A DNA stretch of 64,000 nucleotides. Source: the human T2T-CHM13v2.0 reference genome, Homo sapiens. Location of the stretch: the NCBI RefSeq assembly GCF_009914755.1, contig NC_060932.1. The stretch is one strand, 5' to 3'. Numbering within the stretch: position 1 is the first letter of the stretch; each line of letters begins with the position of its first letter. The translations under genes were made by a program, and so were the position numbers. The notes beneath the pieces are model-generated. The model was not told the origin of the DNA. It ran no database searches and saw only the letters and a program-made list of their open reading frames with translations. Positions 13,805 to 27,733 of this stretch are shown piece by piece.

Positions 13805-13805
13805 A
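13733..13805. repeat. (CT)n-(CA)n compound microsatellite
   Basis: Seen directly; source of the THTHTH run in ORF 13708..13890. Confidence 0.95.
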
Positions 13806-14251
13806 GACAGCTGGAGTAGCAGTGGCTAAGTTACCTAGTCAAGTATTTGGGGATTTTGGATCTGGGACATCTTTTATTATTACCAGATAATACTTTCCTA
13901 CTGAAACGAAAGCTACTTTTGCATATGTTAGCTGATATTTTTGATCCCTCTTACACATTACAGAGCTCCCCTTAATAGTGATACTTTTGACTGTAGATAA
14001 AGTTATCACATATATTTACTGTAATTATATTAAAAAGACATATGTTTTGATGTGTAACATCTTTCTGTGAAAAGTCAAAGCTATGTGATTTTTATCTTGA
14101 GAAAGTTATTAGAAAAGCAGCATAATGTGGAAGAAAAGGCAATGGAACAGGAGATAGGAAAGGCTGATTCTCATCTAATCATTGTTATGACCAGCATGGC
14201 CACTTTCACTTTAATGACTCAAGTTCTCTCATAGACTAGTTGATCTCCAAG

Positions 14252-14384
14252 GACAGTGATCCTACAGGCTCCTTTGCTGGAGACAGTCCCGGTTTACATC
14301 TGTTATCCCAATGTAATTATTAATAGCACCCTTTTCATTCTCAAAAGTGTCCTGGTTTGGATGATAAATTATATGGTTACTTTA
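14252..14384 (-). mobile_element. hAT-Blackjack MITE (MER94/MER81-like) inserted in a MIR
   Basis: Reverse complement reads ATCCAAACCAGGACACTTTTGAGA...GTAAACCGGGACTGTC; degenerate 8-bp TSD TCTCCAAG/TCTCTAAA. Confidence 0.7.
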
Positions 14385-14479
14385 TCTCTAAAGATCCTTT
14401 CAACTTGAGTATTCTTTGATGTTGCCTAGAGATGAGATGTGGGATCAATTGTGTGAGAGCTAGTCATTGAAATTCTAGT

Positions 14480-15255
14480 CCTTTATTTTGAGCAGTGGTG
14501 AGAGATGAAGGTATTGAGTTTGATATGGCCCAGATCATGAAGGTCTGATATTCAAAGACTTAATTTTATCCTGAAGCCTATGGGGAAAATTCTAATCAGA
14601 GAAGAAACTGAGACATCGCTTTGGCTCATGGTAGAAAACGGATTTTAAGAGACTGTTGCTAGAGACAGAAAATCTGCTAAGAGTTTATTACAATAATTCA
14701 GTTAATGAATAATAATCTTAACCAAGAAGTGGCTGTGGAAAAGGAGAAAGAAATGTCAATTATCAAAATATTCTGGGGGTAACCTCTATAAGATATAGTG
14801 ACTGAATGTGGGGATTAAGGGAGAGGCCAGAGCCTAGGATGGCATTCTCTTACCCTACCATAAATTTATTAAATAACTGGATAAATAGTGATACCATTCA
14901 TGAAAAGTAAGACTGCAGATTAGGGCTTCTGTGTCAAAGATATGATGGGCTCATGGCTAGACTTGTGTAGTTTATTATGTTGGTGGTACAGACAAATAGA
15001 AATACACAGTAGACATGTAGATATAGGATAAGAACCTTAAAATATTTGGTTTTGCTCTGCTAATGTAGATTTGGGAGTGATCAGCACATTCAAACCTTCG
15101 GAAAAGTTCTGAGAGAATAGAGAATGAGACAAAACTGAACTAAAGAAAGAATCATGAGAGTCCCTAACACTTAAGGGAAGAGGAAATAAAGAGGAACACT
15201 GGAAGGGGAGAGTGTAAGGGGCTACTAAAGAAGTAGAACGACATCCAGGAGAGTG
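14480..15255 (-). mobile_element. L2 fragment
   Basis: GGCCCAGATCATGAAGG, GATAGTGACTGAATGTGGGG, GTAGATTTGGGAGTGATCAGCAC antisense L2 motifs. Confidence 0.7.
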
Positions 15256-15317
15256 ATGACATATAACCTTAGGAGTTAAAGATTCCACTTTTAGAGCACA
15301 CACACTATGCTTCAATT

Positions 15318-16698
15318 CAGCGATACTCAAACTTTTTAGTCTCCGAACTTCTTTATATATTTAAAAAATTTTGACGAATCCAAAGCATTTTTGTTTATAT
15401 AGATTATAACTATTAATATTTATTATATTAGAAATAAAATTGAGAAGATTTAAAACTATTAGTTCATCTAACTAAAATATTTATACATTCATTGGATGTT
15501 ACTAAAATAACATACTTTTGTCAAAATGATGATTTAAAAACATTTAGTGAGATGGGTGACATTGTTTTATGCAAATATCTTAAGTGTGTATATTAATAGA
15601 AGGTAGCTGGACTGTCATATATACTTTTGCATTTAACCTGGTGCAGCATATTGTTTGGGTTAAGGTATTTTGGGACACACATACGTATTCAGTTGGAAAA
15701 GAGAGGAGTATTTTCATAGCCTTTCATGATAATTATGAATTTTCTCTTTAATGATCGTTTCTTAAATGTTAGTTACAATATGGAATTTAAACCATATTAA
15801 TTAACTTTTTGCACTTTGTTACATTAAAATCCCTCAGTATATTTAAACTTTAAGTGAATCTTTAACTCACGCATAATTTTGTAGTATCTCTCATTGGTCA
15901 TTTGGAAAATAGTGGCTCACTTAGTTATACAGATCTTCCAAATGTTGAAACATTTCATTATATAATATAAAAAATTGCATTCATCAATATAACTGTTATT
16001 CATATTAGAAAAGTGAACGTGGAAGCTGTCAAGGTACAGTGGCAGACACTAGTTTCCCAATATTTAATTTTCTCTTGAAAGCTCAAATTTGATCATTGGC
16101 AACACATACTATCAGTTGTTTGTAGCGAAGGGACAGGTTTACTAAATTTATTTTTAGCAAAATATATGCCAAATACCCAAGTCTCAGTAACCATGGTTTA
16201 ACTGTCAGCGTTCTTTCAAGTAAAAATTATGTTCCATGAACAAAGCAGCTAATTCAGAAGCTTACAACTCAATTGCATAAGCACTTTCCTTTGGTATTCA
16301 ACTGATTTGCTTAATATATACTTCTCATTTTGTCACATGGCATATTACAAACACATTGTATTCAAGGGTTGAGATTTAATAAAATTAATAATTCTCATTA
16401 CTTCATCAAAGATGTTATTTAGTGAAAATGGCTGGTTTTTTTTTTTTTTTTTTTTTTTTAACTGTGAGCATGTTGTAGTGAAGAATTATGGAAAGGTTTG
16501 GGGCCTCTGCCTTGATTCATGATAAGGTACCAGAAGTTTTACTACCATTGATTTTGCACAATCAATACAAATGTCAAAAAAGCAAGAAAGACCAATAATG
16601 ACTTTGTGTTAGTGTGAAAATTGTTTTGATTTTTCAGACCTCCAGAATGGGTCTTAAGGTCCCCTAGGGTTACACAGATCACACTTTGAGAATTGCGA
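15318..16698 (-). mobile_element. Charlie1a (hAT-Charlie) non-autonomous DNA transposon, ~1.4 kb
   Basis: Termini CAGCGATACTCAAACTTTTTAGTCTC and GATCACACTTTGAGAATTGCG are degenerate CAGCGGTTCTCAAA-type TIRs; internal sequence resembles Charlie1. Confidence 0.8.
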
Positions 16699-19600
16699 CT
16701 TGAAGTTTGAGAAGCCTGCCTCATCAAAGGCGTCAGAAAAGTTAGGAGGAAAAAACGCCAAAACCTAAAACCCCAAACAACAAAAAGTACTCCATTGGAT
16801 TTTTTAGCAAGGAGAACACTGGCAATATTATTGAGACGAGTTTCGGTGTTCATGTTTTTCAATCTAATGTATCTTAAACTTTAGCAATATTTACTTGTGT
16901 GAAGTGATTTAAAGAAAAAATATACTCTCCTCCACTTCAATAGATGTATTTTGTCCACCCTAAATGGAAATGCTTAAATGTATGGAGGCATTAATTATGG
17001 TTGTCACCGACCTGGAAGAGCATATTGAATTTCTCTGACTAGGAACTAAGTGTATTTTCCCTCTTTAAATTATGGATCTAGCATGTAAAACAATTTGACA
17101 TGCCAGGTATAACAACTCAAGGGGAAACAAATTCCAAGTATGTGATAGTCAGAAACCTCATACCCTCTGGTTACAATGTAAAAAAGTCAAATGAAATGGT
17201 TCAATATTTTAAAAACTTGCTTTAAAATGACTTGAGTAAAAGGTATGGGGTCATTTGGTATATTGGAGAAGGTATGGGGCTCACCGTCAGAGTGATACGC
17301 ATAGGAAAGGTAGACAATGTGCACAGAAAGTATTATTTATTGAGCATCTTCTATAGGCCTTTATCTGAGTCAGAAATACTGTCTGTCTGTTCTTACGTAA
17401 GCCTTCCAAAGCCTTTAAAGCCCAGTAGTATTAGCCCTTCCTTAAAGACCATTAACCATATCTAAAACCATTAACCTATCTAAAACCCTATCTAAAAGTG
17501 ATTTTCATCTAGATTAAAGAACTTACAAAGATAATGGGATTTTGATTTTCTGGATTAATTTTATTAGAGTAAAATCAATGTCTTTATGAAGTATGAATTT
17601 CTTTTTCATTCAAAATATTTGTTAAGCTTTGGCTTCTACATGCAGGATAGTGTTCTATAGTACTAGTCTACATAGTTGCAATTTATAAAGCACTTTTGCA
17701 AATGCAACTCTAAGGAAACTGAGGCTGATAGGTCAGGTATTCTTTTCATCATTTCACAGTACTGTATGACTTGAGCAGCTCTGGAAGCTAGGAAACACAT
17801 ACTGTGAGGGGAAAATAAGTAAGAGACATACTTTGCTGTTCTCAGGCCATAATTACTAGTATTTTCATAATTACTAGTATTAGCAACAGTAAATTCTAGA
17901 ATATTCCACCTAATCAGTAATAGATATATTTAAATATGTATATCAGCATTTATATTGCCATCTAGTGCCTATTTTGTTTTACTACTGATTCTGGTTTAGT
18001 TTCAGACCAGATGCAGTTTCATTACTGAACATTTTTCACCAATATTGAATAAATGCTCTCAACATTACCTGACATCAAAATTTAATAATTCTTGGTAGCA
18101 TTAACCCTCCATTAACTTTTATTGTATCTAAAATAATGATTTGCCTCTATGGTATCCAACAACTAAGTTGTCATCCAGGTATCTGGATGAAATATTTTGC
18201 TTTTAGATTCACTACCATCTTTTTTCGCTGCACGATTCAGTGTTGCCTTGAAATCTAGTATATATGTATTCTAAAACTACTTTCCTACATGGAATATCAT
18301 GGCACTAATTTCTTTTTGAGAACTTCATTTTCAACTTTTACTATCAGGTCAGTATGATTTTGAAACATGTCTGTATTTATCTTTCACACTTTCCAGTTAT
18401 TTACCTCTTACCTATATCTAATTTCATGTTTTATGTTTCAGTTAGCCCATAATCATCTTACTCTTATGCAGTTAGTATTCCTATGACTAAATTAGTATCT
18501 TCACACTGATACCACAGCATACATTAGCAATTATGCAGCATTTTTATGTGCAGAAGAGTAAAGTACATAGAAAAAGTGACTGGCATTTCAGGAGTTTGGG
18601 AGGAATGAACTAAAGAAGAGAGACAGAAAAGATGAGACTGGTACAAAGATGGGAAATTCACTTAATTTGAAGAAACTTATGTGATTCTAAAATTAGTTTA
18701 ATTAGTCCCAAGGAATATTTTAACCCTATGCTTTCCTATCTTTCCCATTTGCCTATGAAGCATTAACAGGCAATCAGTTACAGCACATTTGAATCCTTAA
18801 TAAAGCAGAACACATAAATTTAAATTACATGTTTTGATTACTTTATTCTCTCACTGAAAAATGAACATCCATGTATATATGCACCCAATAATTTCTTCCC
18901 AAAATATTTTTCTGCCTTTTCTGGAGTATAAGGGAATAAAAAATGAAATGCCATGAAGAGGAGAGAGTAAAATATTAGCTACATATAAATACAACTGAAA
19001 AATATTTGAGAAATCAATGTAGTTTATAAGCTGTATATGCTCTTGAGGTGGGTTTGCTTCATTAAGAATGGAAACAAAATACATACGCGTTCAGCATTGC
19101 TCAGGCCCTAATTAAAATCCTCTTGGGAATTTAAGTGTGGGCTCCACAACGTTCAAATATGGAAACTGTGGGACCTTATAAGCAGTCAGTGAAAGTAACT
19201 GCAGGAAACATTTTCTAGAGTAGAAGTTTGCTTGATGTCAAAATAATTGCTATTAAGGACTAAGATTATTATAGCTAGTTTCCTATTTTGAACTAATCAG
19301 TAACAGTGGTGAGTAGAAATAAGAATTTAAAATAAAACATTGTTTAACTTTTACATTATGGCTGTAATAGTAGATACATGAAAATGAAACTATGGCCACA
19401 TGCAGTATCCATTTGTTACAAAAGAAGGAAAATGCTTTGTGTCAGGTTGCTTTTGAAAACCCCTGTTAGTCATGAACTGTCAGTTTAACTAAAGACTGAT
19501 ATTTTTTTCAAGTGGAGAGACCATTATTTGTAAAGCTTTAAGACACATAGCTAAATGCCAACCAGTCACCATAAATTTTCGGCTTTATTTAAACTTTGGT

Positions 19601-21461
19601 ATACATTGACAATTGCTTTGATCATAATTTAATTTGAGAGTCAAGATGATGATCAGAACATGTTTGAGGTAAATATGGTTAAATATTTTATTTAAAAAGA
19701 ACAATGTTTTCAGTAAGAAGCCTGGGGGTGAAACGGACTATATTTTCTTGCTTTTGTAAACTTTCATGGATAATTATAGACTTCGGGTTAATGTCACCAG
19801 AAAAGAATCTGTCATAAGTTAGCACTTCCTCATTTCCTCTCCAATGTGTCTATGAAATCTTAAATCAAAAGTGTAAAAGTTCTGTAACATTACTCAGACA
19901 ACTAAGTGTTGAGAAGAGTGTTATTTAAGTAACAAACATCATTTACTGAACATATTATGTGCTATTCGTGTTATATGCACAGTATAATATTGCTTGCCTC
20001 AACAATTATGCAAGGCAGGTATTTTTATTTAAGTTTTACATATAAGAAAATTGAGACCCATAGAATTTCACTGAGTTGTCCAATTTAATACTAGTAGTAC
20101 CAGAAAAAGCTGAGACTCACATTCAGTCCCATTTGAAGTTACTTTTCTTTTCTCTCAAAACCCCATACTGCCTTTTTAGGTTTGCCCTGTAATCTAAAAC
20201 CACTAATATTTACCATTAAGTCTATTAAACTGTATTAGCTATATTCACAGTTATTTAAGATGTCCATTCCTTAGCACTTAATCAATCACAAAAGGTGTTT
20301 TTGATACTGAATGAGAAAGTAAAAAGGATCATTACTTAGTTAAGCTGTTATTGCCCAGAAACAACAAAAAGCAAATGGAGTGTAAATTTCTTAAGGATTA
20401 ATGGTGTCCTGCCTAATATAAATTAAATAATCACTTGAAGTTTGTGAATGTATGTTTATGTCTCTCTGTGTGTAAGTAAAATTTCAAAGACCTTGTTCTA
20501 TTGCCCTACTGGAAGGACTATGAACTTTGGTACGGGTCAAAATTACATTATACCTCCTAAGTAAAAAATAATTACGCAAAATTACTTGGAATTACTGGAT
20601 AAATTTCTATAAATCACATGGTAGCAGGAGTCTGGTGGGACAGCTAGGTGGTGGGAAGAAATTATATATACTGGAGAGGGCAGAAATAGCAAGGTACGTA
20701 TAAGTTTCTACTTTCCCATTTATGAGGCTTTTTCTTCCTTAATCATTGTGTAACTTTCATCAGTGGTGAGGTAGAGAGTTATTGATTGAGTTGGTGTGCC
20801 ACAACTTAAAAACATGTCTTTTGAATAAATTATCTTGGCCAATGTACAAAAGATGATTCCGGAAATAGAGATATAACATCTTATAAGACTGATCAGAATT
20901 TGTGCTGTAGAACTGTGTGTCACACACAGGAAGACCTTCTTTCTGTCCTTTCTAAAGCTGTATTTTGTGATGAAAAGCACAGTGCATTTGAAAAGTGAAT
21001 GAAAATTTTAATTTTTCTTTATTTCAAGGTTTATTTTATTCAGTTTTGCCTTGCAGAGTTAGAGGGCAATGTGCCTGCTGTTATGGGGCCTCATTTTCAA
21101 CAGAGAAGTGAAGAGAACCACAAACATTACATTATAATGAAAAGAACCACAGGTTCAGTGATATTTCTAAAGATGAGATATTAGCATTAGCATGATGACA
21201 CCAAAATTCCTCAACAGAGTTATAATTGAGACAAATTAGAGAGTAGAACTTCAAGGTATAATGTGACAGGTGGTGGGCTTTTAGAAATAATAAAATATTT
21301 TAATATGCAATGTCTGTGAAATAGAGACATTACTCCCCTACTCTCTGGCTTGAAATGATATTATTAACTTCCTCAGTTATTTGTTTCCACCCTCCACATA
21401 TAATCAGTGACCACATTTTGCTGATCCTTCATAATATTTTCTTCCTTTTAATTCTCACCAT

Positions 21462-22280
21462 ATATTAATTTCCTATTTCTGCTGTAATAAACTGTCCCAA
21501 ATCTGGTGGTTGAAAACAACAAATATCTATTATAGTTAAAAGTGTTAGACGTTTGAATGGGTCTTACTAGCTAAAATAAAAGTGTCAGTAGGCCACTTTC
21601 CTTCAGGAAGCTCTAGGGGAGTGAGTTTTTCTGTGTTTTCCAGCTTCTACAGGCTGACTAGATTCCTTGGCTCATGGCTCATTCCTCTTGTTTACATCCA
21701 GGAGCTGGAATAATCAAATCTGTCTGTTTACCCTAACACAATACTTTCTTTCACTTTTATAAGGGTCCCTGTGAATCTACCCAAATAATCCAGAATCATT
21801 GCCTTATCTCAAGGTCTTTAATTCCTCACATCTGCAAGTTACTTTTGCCATATAAGGTAACATAGTCATAGGACATGGACATTACTGGCGGGGCATTATT
21901 CTGCCTATCGCAGTCATCTGCCCCCCAAAGGGCCACATTTGTACAACTTGCAAAATACATGTGCTCCATTCCAATATCCCTAAAAGTCTCAATCCATTAT
22001 AGCATCAATTCAAATTTAAAGGTTTTTCCTCTTCCATATTCCACACTGACTTCATCATCAGCCATTAACATTCACATTTCTATTAGTAGCCTGTTTAAGA
22101 AAACCCAGGCTTTTAAAATCATGCTTCTTCAAACTTTTTCCAGCCTCTTCCAACTGACCAATTGCAAAGGCATTTCCATGTTTTTAGGTATTAACATGTG
22201 TATTGGTTTCCTATTGTTGGCATAGCAAACTAGCACATGTTAGGTAGATTAAAACAATATATCTTTATTATCTTACAGTC
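21462..22280 (-). mobile_element. MLT1C/D MaLR: full LTR, short internal remnant and partial second LTR
   Basis: LTR ~21462-21911 (GCTCTAGGGGAG, CACATCTGCAAG, GCATTATTCTGCCTA); internal ends at 21912-22198; second LTR end TGTATTGGTTTCCTATTG from ~22199. Confidence 0.75.
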
Positions 22281-22520
22281 ATCACTACCATTTTATATAA
22301 GAATCTTATTAGACTACTGAAGAAATGTTCTTCTAATTGTTTTTCTTGCATCTGCATATTATTAAACACGTTCATTACCACCATCAACAAAAGCAACAGC
22401 TGTTGCTTAAAACTGTTAATAACTGTTTTAAGTGCTTATAATGTGTCAGAGACTTTTCTAAGTGTTTTGTAAAGATTATCCAATTTGTTCCATACAATGG
22501 CCTTATATGGTAGATAATAC

Positions 22521-23301
22521 TGAGATGGGAGGCAGGCAGGGAAGTGCTGGGTAGAGAAGGCCGGGTCCCTGGCTAAAGCTCCATCCCAGGGCCTGTGCCC
22601 ACTGACCTAGGTGAGGACAGTCATTTCTGTTTTCATGCCCAAATGTTGCATTTCCCAAGACCACCCTGGGCCATGATGCCCTCATCCTGTTCCTTTAAAA
22701 ACCTTGAGACCCTAGCAGGCACGCACACAAGTGGCTAGATGTCAAGAGAAACACACTGACGGAAGAACACACTGACAGGCAAAAGCAGAGGCCAGCAGGC
22801 CATCAACTGGCGCAACGACGCGGAGTTTGGCCAGGACATTTGGAAGAGAGTCTGGCTGCTGAGTGGCCGGACTCCAGGGGAAAACCACCTTCCCACTCTG
22901 TCTCCCTTCTGGCTCCCCCATCTGCTGAGAGCTACTTTACTTACATTCAATAAAACTTTGCACTCATTCTCCAAGCCCATGTGTAATCCGATTCTTCTAG
23001 TACACCAAAGCAAGAAACCCCGTCATACAGAAAGCCCTCTGTCCTTGCAATAAGGCAGGGGGTCTAATTGAGCTAACACAAGCTGCCTACAGTTGGCTAA
23101 ACTGAAAGAGCACCCTGTAGCACACGCCCCCTGGAGCATCAGCTGTAAACATTCACCCTAGACATTGCTGTGGGGTCAGAGTCCCACAACCTGCCTGTCA
23201 GCATGCTCCCCCTAGAGGTTTGAGCAGCGGGGCACGGAAGAAGCGAGCCACACCGCCCTCACTCACCCTGCGAAGGGGACAAGGGAACTTTTCCTGTTTC
23301 T
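22521..23301 (+). repeat. 5' LTR (MER50-like)
   Basis: TG start, AATAAA near 22949, ends TTTCCTGTTTC(T). Confidence 0.9.
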
Positions 23302-24611
23302 ACTGGGACCTGGCCCAGGAACCTGGAAGCTGAGTGCGAATGCGAAACTGTCAGGTCTGCCTCTCTTCCAAAACTCTGCCACTTCTCTTCCTTTCCTGCG
23401 TGTAAGAGGCTCTGTTGCCCTTCATGGAGTCTTAAAAACTCTGCCCTAACCCTGGCTGGTTAAAACTCCCAGACTTCAACTGTTTTCTCTCTCTCACGGT
23501 TTGAAATAGCTCTTATCTTACTTTATAATGTTGAGTTTTGCTACTGGCTGCGGCAATGTTACTAAGTAACACGAGCATTTGGCTCAGCTGCCAAAGGTGC
23601 AGATCAGACCAACTATTTTCCTAGAGGTATCTTCTATGCCTCCGCCTCGACAGCAGCAGGCACGCAGGGCTCAGGGCACCTCTCCTTATCCTTTCCCCTC
23701 CCAGCTCAGGTGCCTGGGTGTGCCCGCAGCAGGCAAAGGCCCAACCCAACAGCCACGAGGCCGCGGGGAGAGCAATGCCGCAGCTGCAGCCGCCTCTGCT
23801 GCCTAGGACGAGGGGGCGGGAGAAAACCCCGCCACAGCTGCGGCCCCACAGGCCAATGGATGGGCGCTTCTCGCCTGCCTTGCCAATGGAATGTTTCTCC
23901 CCTGGTCAAGGAATTTCTGAACCAGAGGAAAGATATAAGGATTAGAGGGATCCACTTGCACTGAGTAAGGGGTTGTTCCCCCAGGATTTCACCTTTTTGC
24001 ACCTTAAACTGTTTCTCTCTATCTTGTTTTCTTTTCATAGTGAGAGGGCTCCCCCAACTCCCAGCACTCTGTTTCTGATGGCAAAGTTAACGGAGGAACA
24101 AGCCCTGCTGGCTGATAACTGCAAATTCGTCAGGGCTTATTTGAGACACTTTAGGCGGATATAAACAGCCTCTAAAATACCTTTGCAGTCCCAAACTCAA
24201 TTCTAAGCTTCAGACTGAGGCCTAAAAAGAAAAACAAGGTTTGAGGGATCCAAAGCCAGGCAACAGCCACAATGTAAATGGGCAGGACCAATTCCTGCTG
24301 ACAAAACCCCCCACCCCACAGGAGGCCATGCTTCATGGCATAAACAGAGCCAGGGAACTCAAAGGTTGCCAACAGCAGGGAGAAAGGGAGGCACAGGTGA
24401 GGGCGGTCAATTCCTATTCTCCAGGTTTTCCCTGCTTCATGGGTACATACCGCATCGGTACTGATGGTCGGCACCTGCTAAGGTTGCTGGGACTCAAGAG
24501 ATGAGAGGAGGAATGGAAAGGAAGGACATTCGCTTTCTCTCTCCATCACACCCTGAGTATTCACTGAAGAAGGGAGGGAATGAGGGGTGCCTCTATTCCC
24601 TGTCGTTCAGA

Positions 24612-25850
24612 ATGGGCAGCCAGCTTTTTTCACCACCCCCAGCTTATACTCCTCTGGAGTGTATCCTGAACCATTGGGACTGCTTTGACCCTCAGAATCT
24701 GGAGGAAAAACACCTCATAGCCCTATGCACAAATATTTGGCCAAATTATGATTTACAGCAAGGATCGACTTGGCCTCAGGAAGAAACCATTCATTTTGAT
24801 ACCATCCAGCAGTTGGAACGTTTCTGTAGACGTGAGGACAGATGGTCTGAGGCCCCGTACGTGCAGACTTTCTATACATTGCCAGGCAATCTAGATATCT
24901 GCCAACAATGTAGGATTGATCCAGTGCTCCTGTTTGACATCTCAGGGAAGGCTGCAAGGGGCAAATCCAGGGAATTAAAGATATGGATCCCAGAGGCACC
25001 CCCAGCAGAGGAGCTAGCTCCCTCAAGCCCTGCTCCTCTGGGCCCACCCCCATCTCCCTATCCAGCTTCAGCCTCTCACTTGTCCCCTCCTAGAAATCCT
25101 CACCCTAAACAAGTCCCAGTCTCACTCTTGCCCCTTCAACAAATGCCCAGTGAATTTGGAGCCAGTAAGGTCCGGGTGCCCTTCTCCCTACAGGACTTAA
25201 AGCAAATTAAGGGGGATCTTGGCAAGTTTTCAGATGACTCTGACAGATATGTAGAGACTGTCCAGAATTTCACCCAAATATTTGAACTCTCCTGGAGAGA
25301 CATTATGTTAGTTTTGAATCAGACCCTGAAGGACACTGAGAAATGAGTTGCTCTGCAAGCAGCCAGAGAGATTTGGGGGTGAGCTTTGCCTCACAAATAG
25401 TGTCAGGGAATGGGATGAACGTTATCCAACTGGAAGAGAAGCAGTACCCATGAAAGACCCTAAATGAGGTCCTAGTGATGAGATGGAAGACTGAAAAAGG
25501 AGTCACTTTCAGGTGTACATAATGGAGGATTTACATACGACTAAGTCCAAGCCCCTCAATTATCCTAAGTTGTCCATGATCAACCAGGCATTTGATGAAA
25601 ATCCTACTGCCTTTCTGGAAAGGCTAAGAGAAGCCTTGGTAAAGCAAACCTCTCTATCTCATGATTCAGTCAAGGGACAGCTAATCCTAAAGGATAAATT
25701 TATTACTCAGGCAGCCCCTGATAGCAAGAGGAAGTTGCAGAAACAGGCCCTGGGACCAGATAGTACATTAGAGGGCCTCCTGAAAATAGCTACCTTGGTC
25801 TTTTACAATAGAGAAAGGGAAATACAAGAAAGATGCAGAAGCTGTAATAG
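24612..25850 (+). pseudogene. gag: Gammaretrovirus-like gag (MA, proline-rich region, CA), disrupted after codon 244
   Basis: MGSQ...TPLECILNHWDCFDPQNL (HERV-W/9-like matrix); VPFSLQDLKQIKGDLGKFSDD (CA start); TGA at 25344; major homology region INQAFDENPTAFLERLREAL in ORF 25513..25929. Confidence 0.92.
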
Positions 25851-26019
25851 CCACTGGGCAAGCCCACAAACCCCAGAATTCTCAGGCTACATCTGTTATC
25901 TGCTAAACATACGACAAGAACAATTCTAGCTCTCTTCTAAAGTTTAACCAGTCTCATACAAGGTTTAATTTCTTTCACCAGGGTGAAACAGCTCAGGGTA
26001 CGATGTTATTGTTGGTATA

Positions 26020-26200
26020 TTTCACTTCTTATCTCTGTAATCTTTGGCACTAGATTATTTCCTTGCATAATACACATGTTTAACCCATGCACACTTAGCC
26101 TTATAAAACTTGTTTTTTCTCTCACGCCTAGAAGCTATCAAACTCCAAATAGTCAGGCAACCGCAGCCTCCGACAATGGCTTCCCTGTGCTAGAAACCCT
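26020..26200 (+). pseudogene. env: env TM cytoplasmic-tail remnant
   Basis: CGCCTAGAAGCTATCAAACTCCAAATAGTC encodes RLEAIKLQIV, like the VSSRIEAVKLQ tail of ERV1 env, just upstream of the PPT. Confidence 0.7.
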
Positions 26201-26333
26201 TAGATAGATCTCTGGGAGGGATCTGACTGCTGTTTTCCCCAAAACAATGCCACCTGTCAGCAGGAAGTAGCTTAAGACTGGTCACTGTCCATATCCTAAT
26301 AGCAATTAGCTATACCTCTTCAGAGGGGGGAAA

Positions 26334-27118
26334 TGATATGAGAGGGGGGTAGGGAAGTGCTGGGTAGAGAAGAGCCGGTCCCTGGCTAAAGCTCCACCCC
26401 TGCGCCTGTGCCTATGGACCTAGGTGAGGACAGTCATTTCTGTTTTCGTGCCCAAATGTTGCATTTCCCAAGACCACCCTGACCCACCACACCCCCATCC
26501 TGTGACTATAAAAACCCTGACACATTAGTGGGCATGCCCACGAGTGGCTGGACATCAAAAGGAACACACCAGTGGAGGAGCACACCAACATGCACCAGCA
26601 AACGCCAGCAGGTCAGCTGCCATTGACTGGCAAAATGGCACAAAATTTGGCCCCAGAGGTTGGAAGAGAGCCCGGCTGCTGAGCAGCCTGACTCCAGGGG
26701 AAAACCATCTTCCCAATCCATTTCCCTTCTGGCTCCCCCATCTGCTGAGAGCTACTACCACTCAATAAAGCCTTGCACTCATTCTCCAAGCCCACCTGTG
26801 ACCCCATTCTTCTAGTACACCAAGGCAAGAAACCCTGGGATACAGAAAGTCGTCTGTTCTTGCAATAAGGCAGGGGGTTTAATCGAGCTAACACAAACTA
26901 TCTATGGATGGCTACACTGAAGGAGCACCCTGTAACACATGCCCGCTGGGGCTTCAGCTATAAACATTCAGCCCTAAATGCCGCTGTGGGGATGGGAACC
27001 CCACAACCTGCCTGTCTGCATGCTCCTGCTAGAGGTTTGAGCAGCGGGGCACCGAAGAAGCGAGCCACACCTTCATTGCATGCCCTGCCAAAGGCATAAG
27101 GGGACTTTTCCTGTTTCA
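26334..27118 (+). repeat. 3' LTR (MER50-like)
   Basis: TG...CA ends; TATAAAA ~26507; AATAAA ~26764; about 85-88% identical to the 5' LTR by eye over the first 165 bp. Confidence 0.9.
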
Positions 27119-27733
27119 ATATTCCTATGCCACTTCATGGTTGAAGGAATCGAGGCAAAGAGAGGTGAGGTAACTTATCCAAGACATCTATTTGGTAGGT
27201 AAATGGACATCTAGTTTCCTTAAAAAAAAAAAAAAAGAAAAGAATTGTATCGCTAAAATGTAGCTTTCAACTGTCAACTCAGACATTATTATTCTCCTTC
27301 AAATGGTGTTCAAATTATGCCATAATATTAACCAAATATTTGTCAGTGTACTCAACACTAGTCATGTATAATTGCCGTTCTTTAAATATCCTTGATACTT
27401 TTCCATTTTTGTATTTTTGTGTATTGTATTTCTTAGTTTGAAAGATATTCCTCCAACTTTTTCTGTCCTTCAGTTTCCATTTTAAACCACATTTCCTCCA
27501 TGACCTGTTATAATGATTTAATTTTTAAGTCTCATAATGATCACTACCTGTGCCATTTACTTGATCAATAGCCATACCTACTTAGGGATGATTTTTGGGT
27601 ATGGCATAGAAGGTTCATTTCTCTTTTATATTGCCATATAAATGTTATATATCTGTTATTTTTCTAAGTATATTACAGATTTATTAAGGATTAACAGAGT
27701 GTTCTGCTTAAACATTCAATAACCATTTGATTT

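Larger units (their letters stand above)
22521..27118 (+). mobile_element. ERV1 provirus, MER50-like LTRs, pol deleted
   Basis: Two ~780-bp similar LTRs; degenerate tRNA-Pro-like PBS ~23304; gag; env tail; PPT AGAGGGGGGAAA before 26334; TSD ATAC/ATAT; splits a minus-strand MIR. Confidence 0.93.

Noticed and set aside
22503-24504. Many short ORFs on both strands, echoed at 26506-27099
   Set aside because: LTR and leader sequence; the similarity between the two sets just reflects the paired LTRs.
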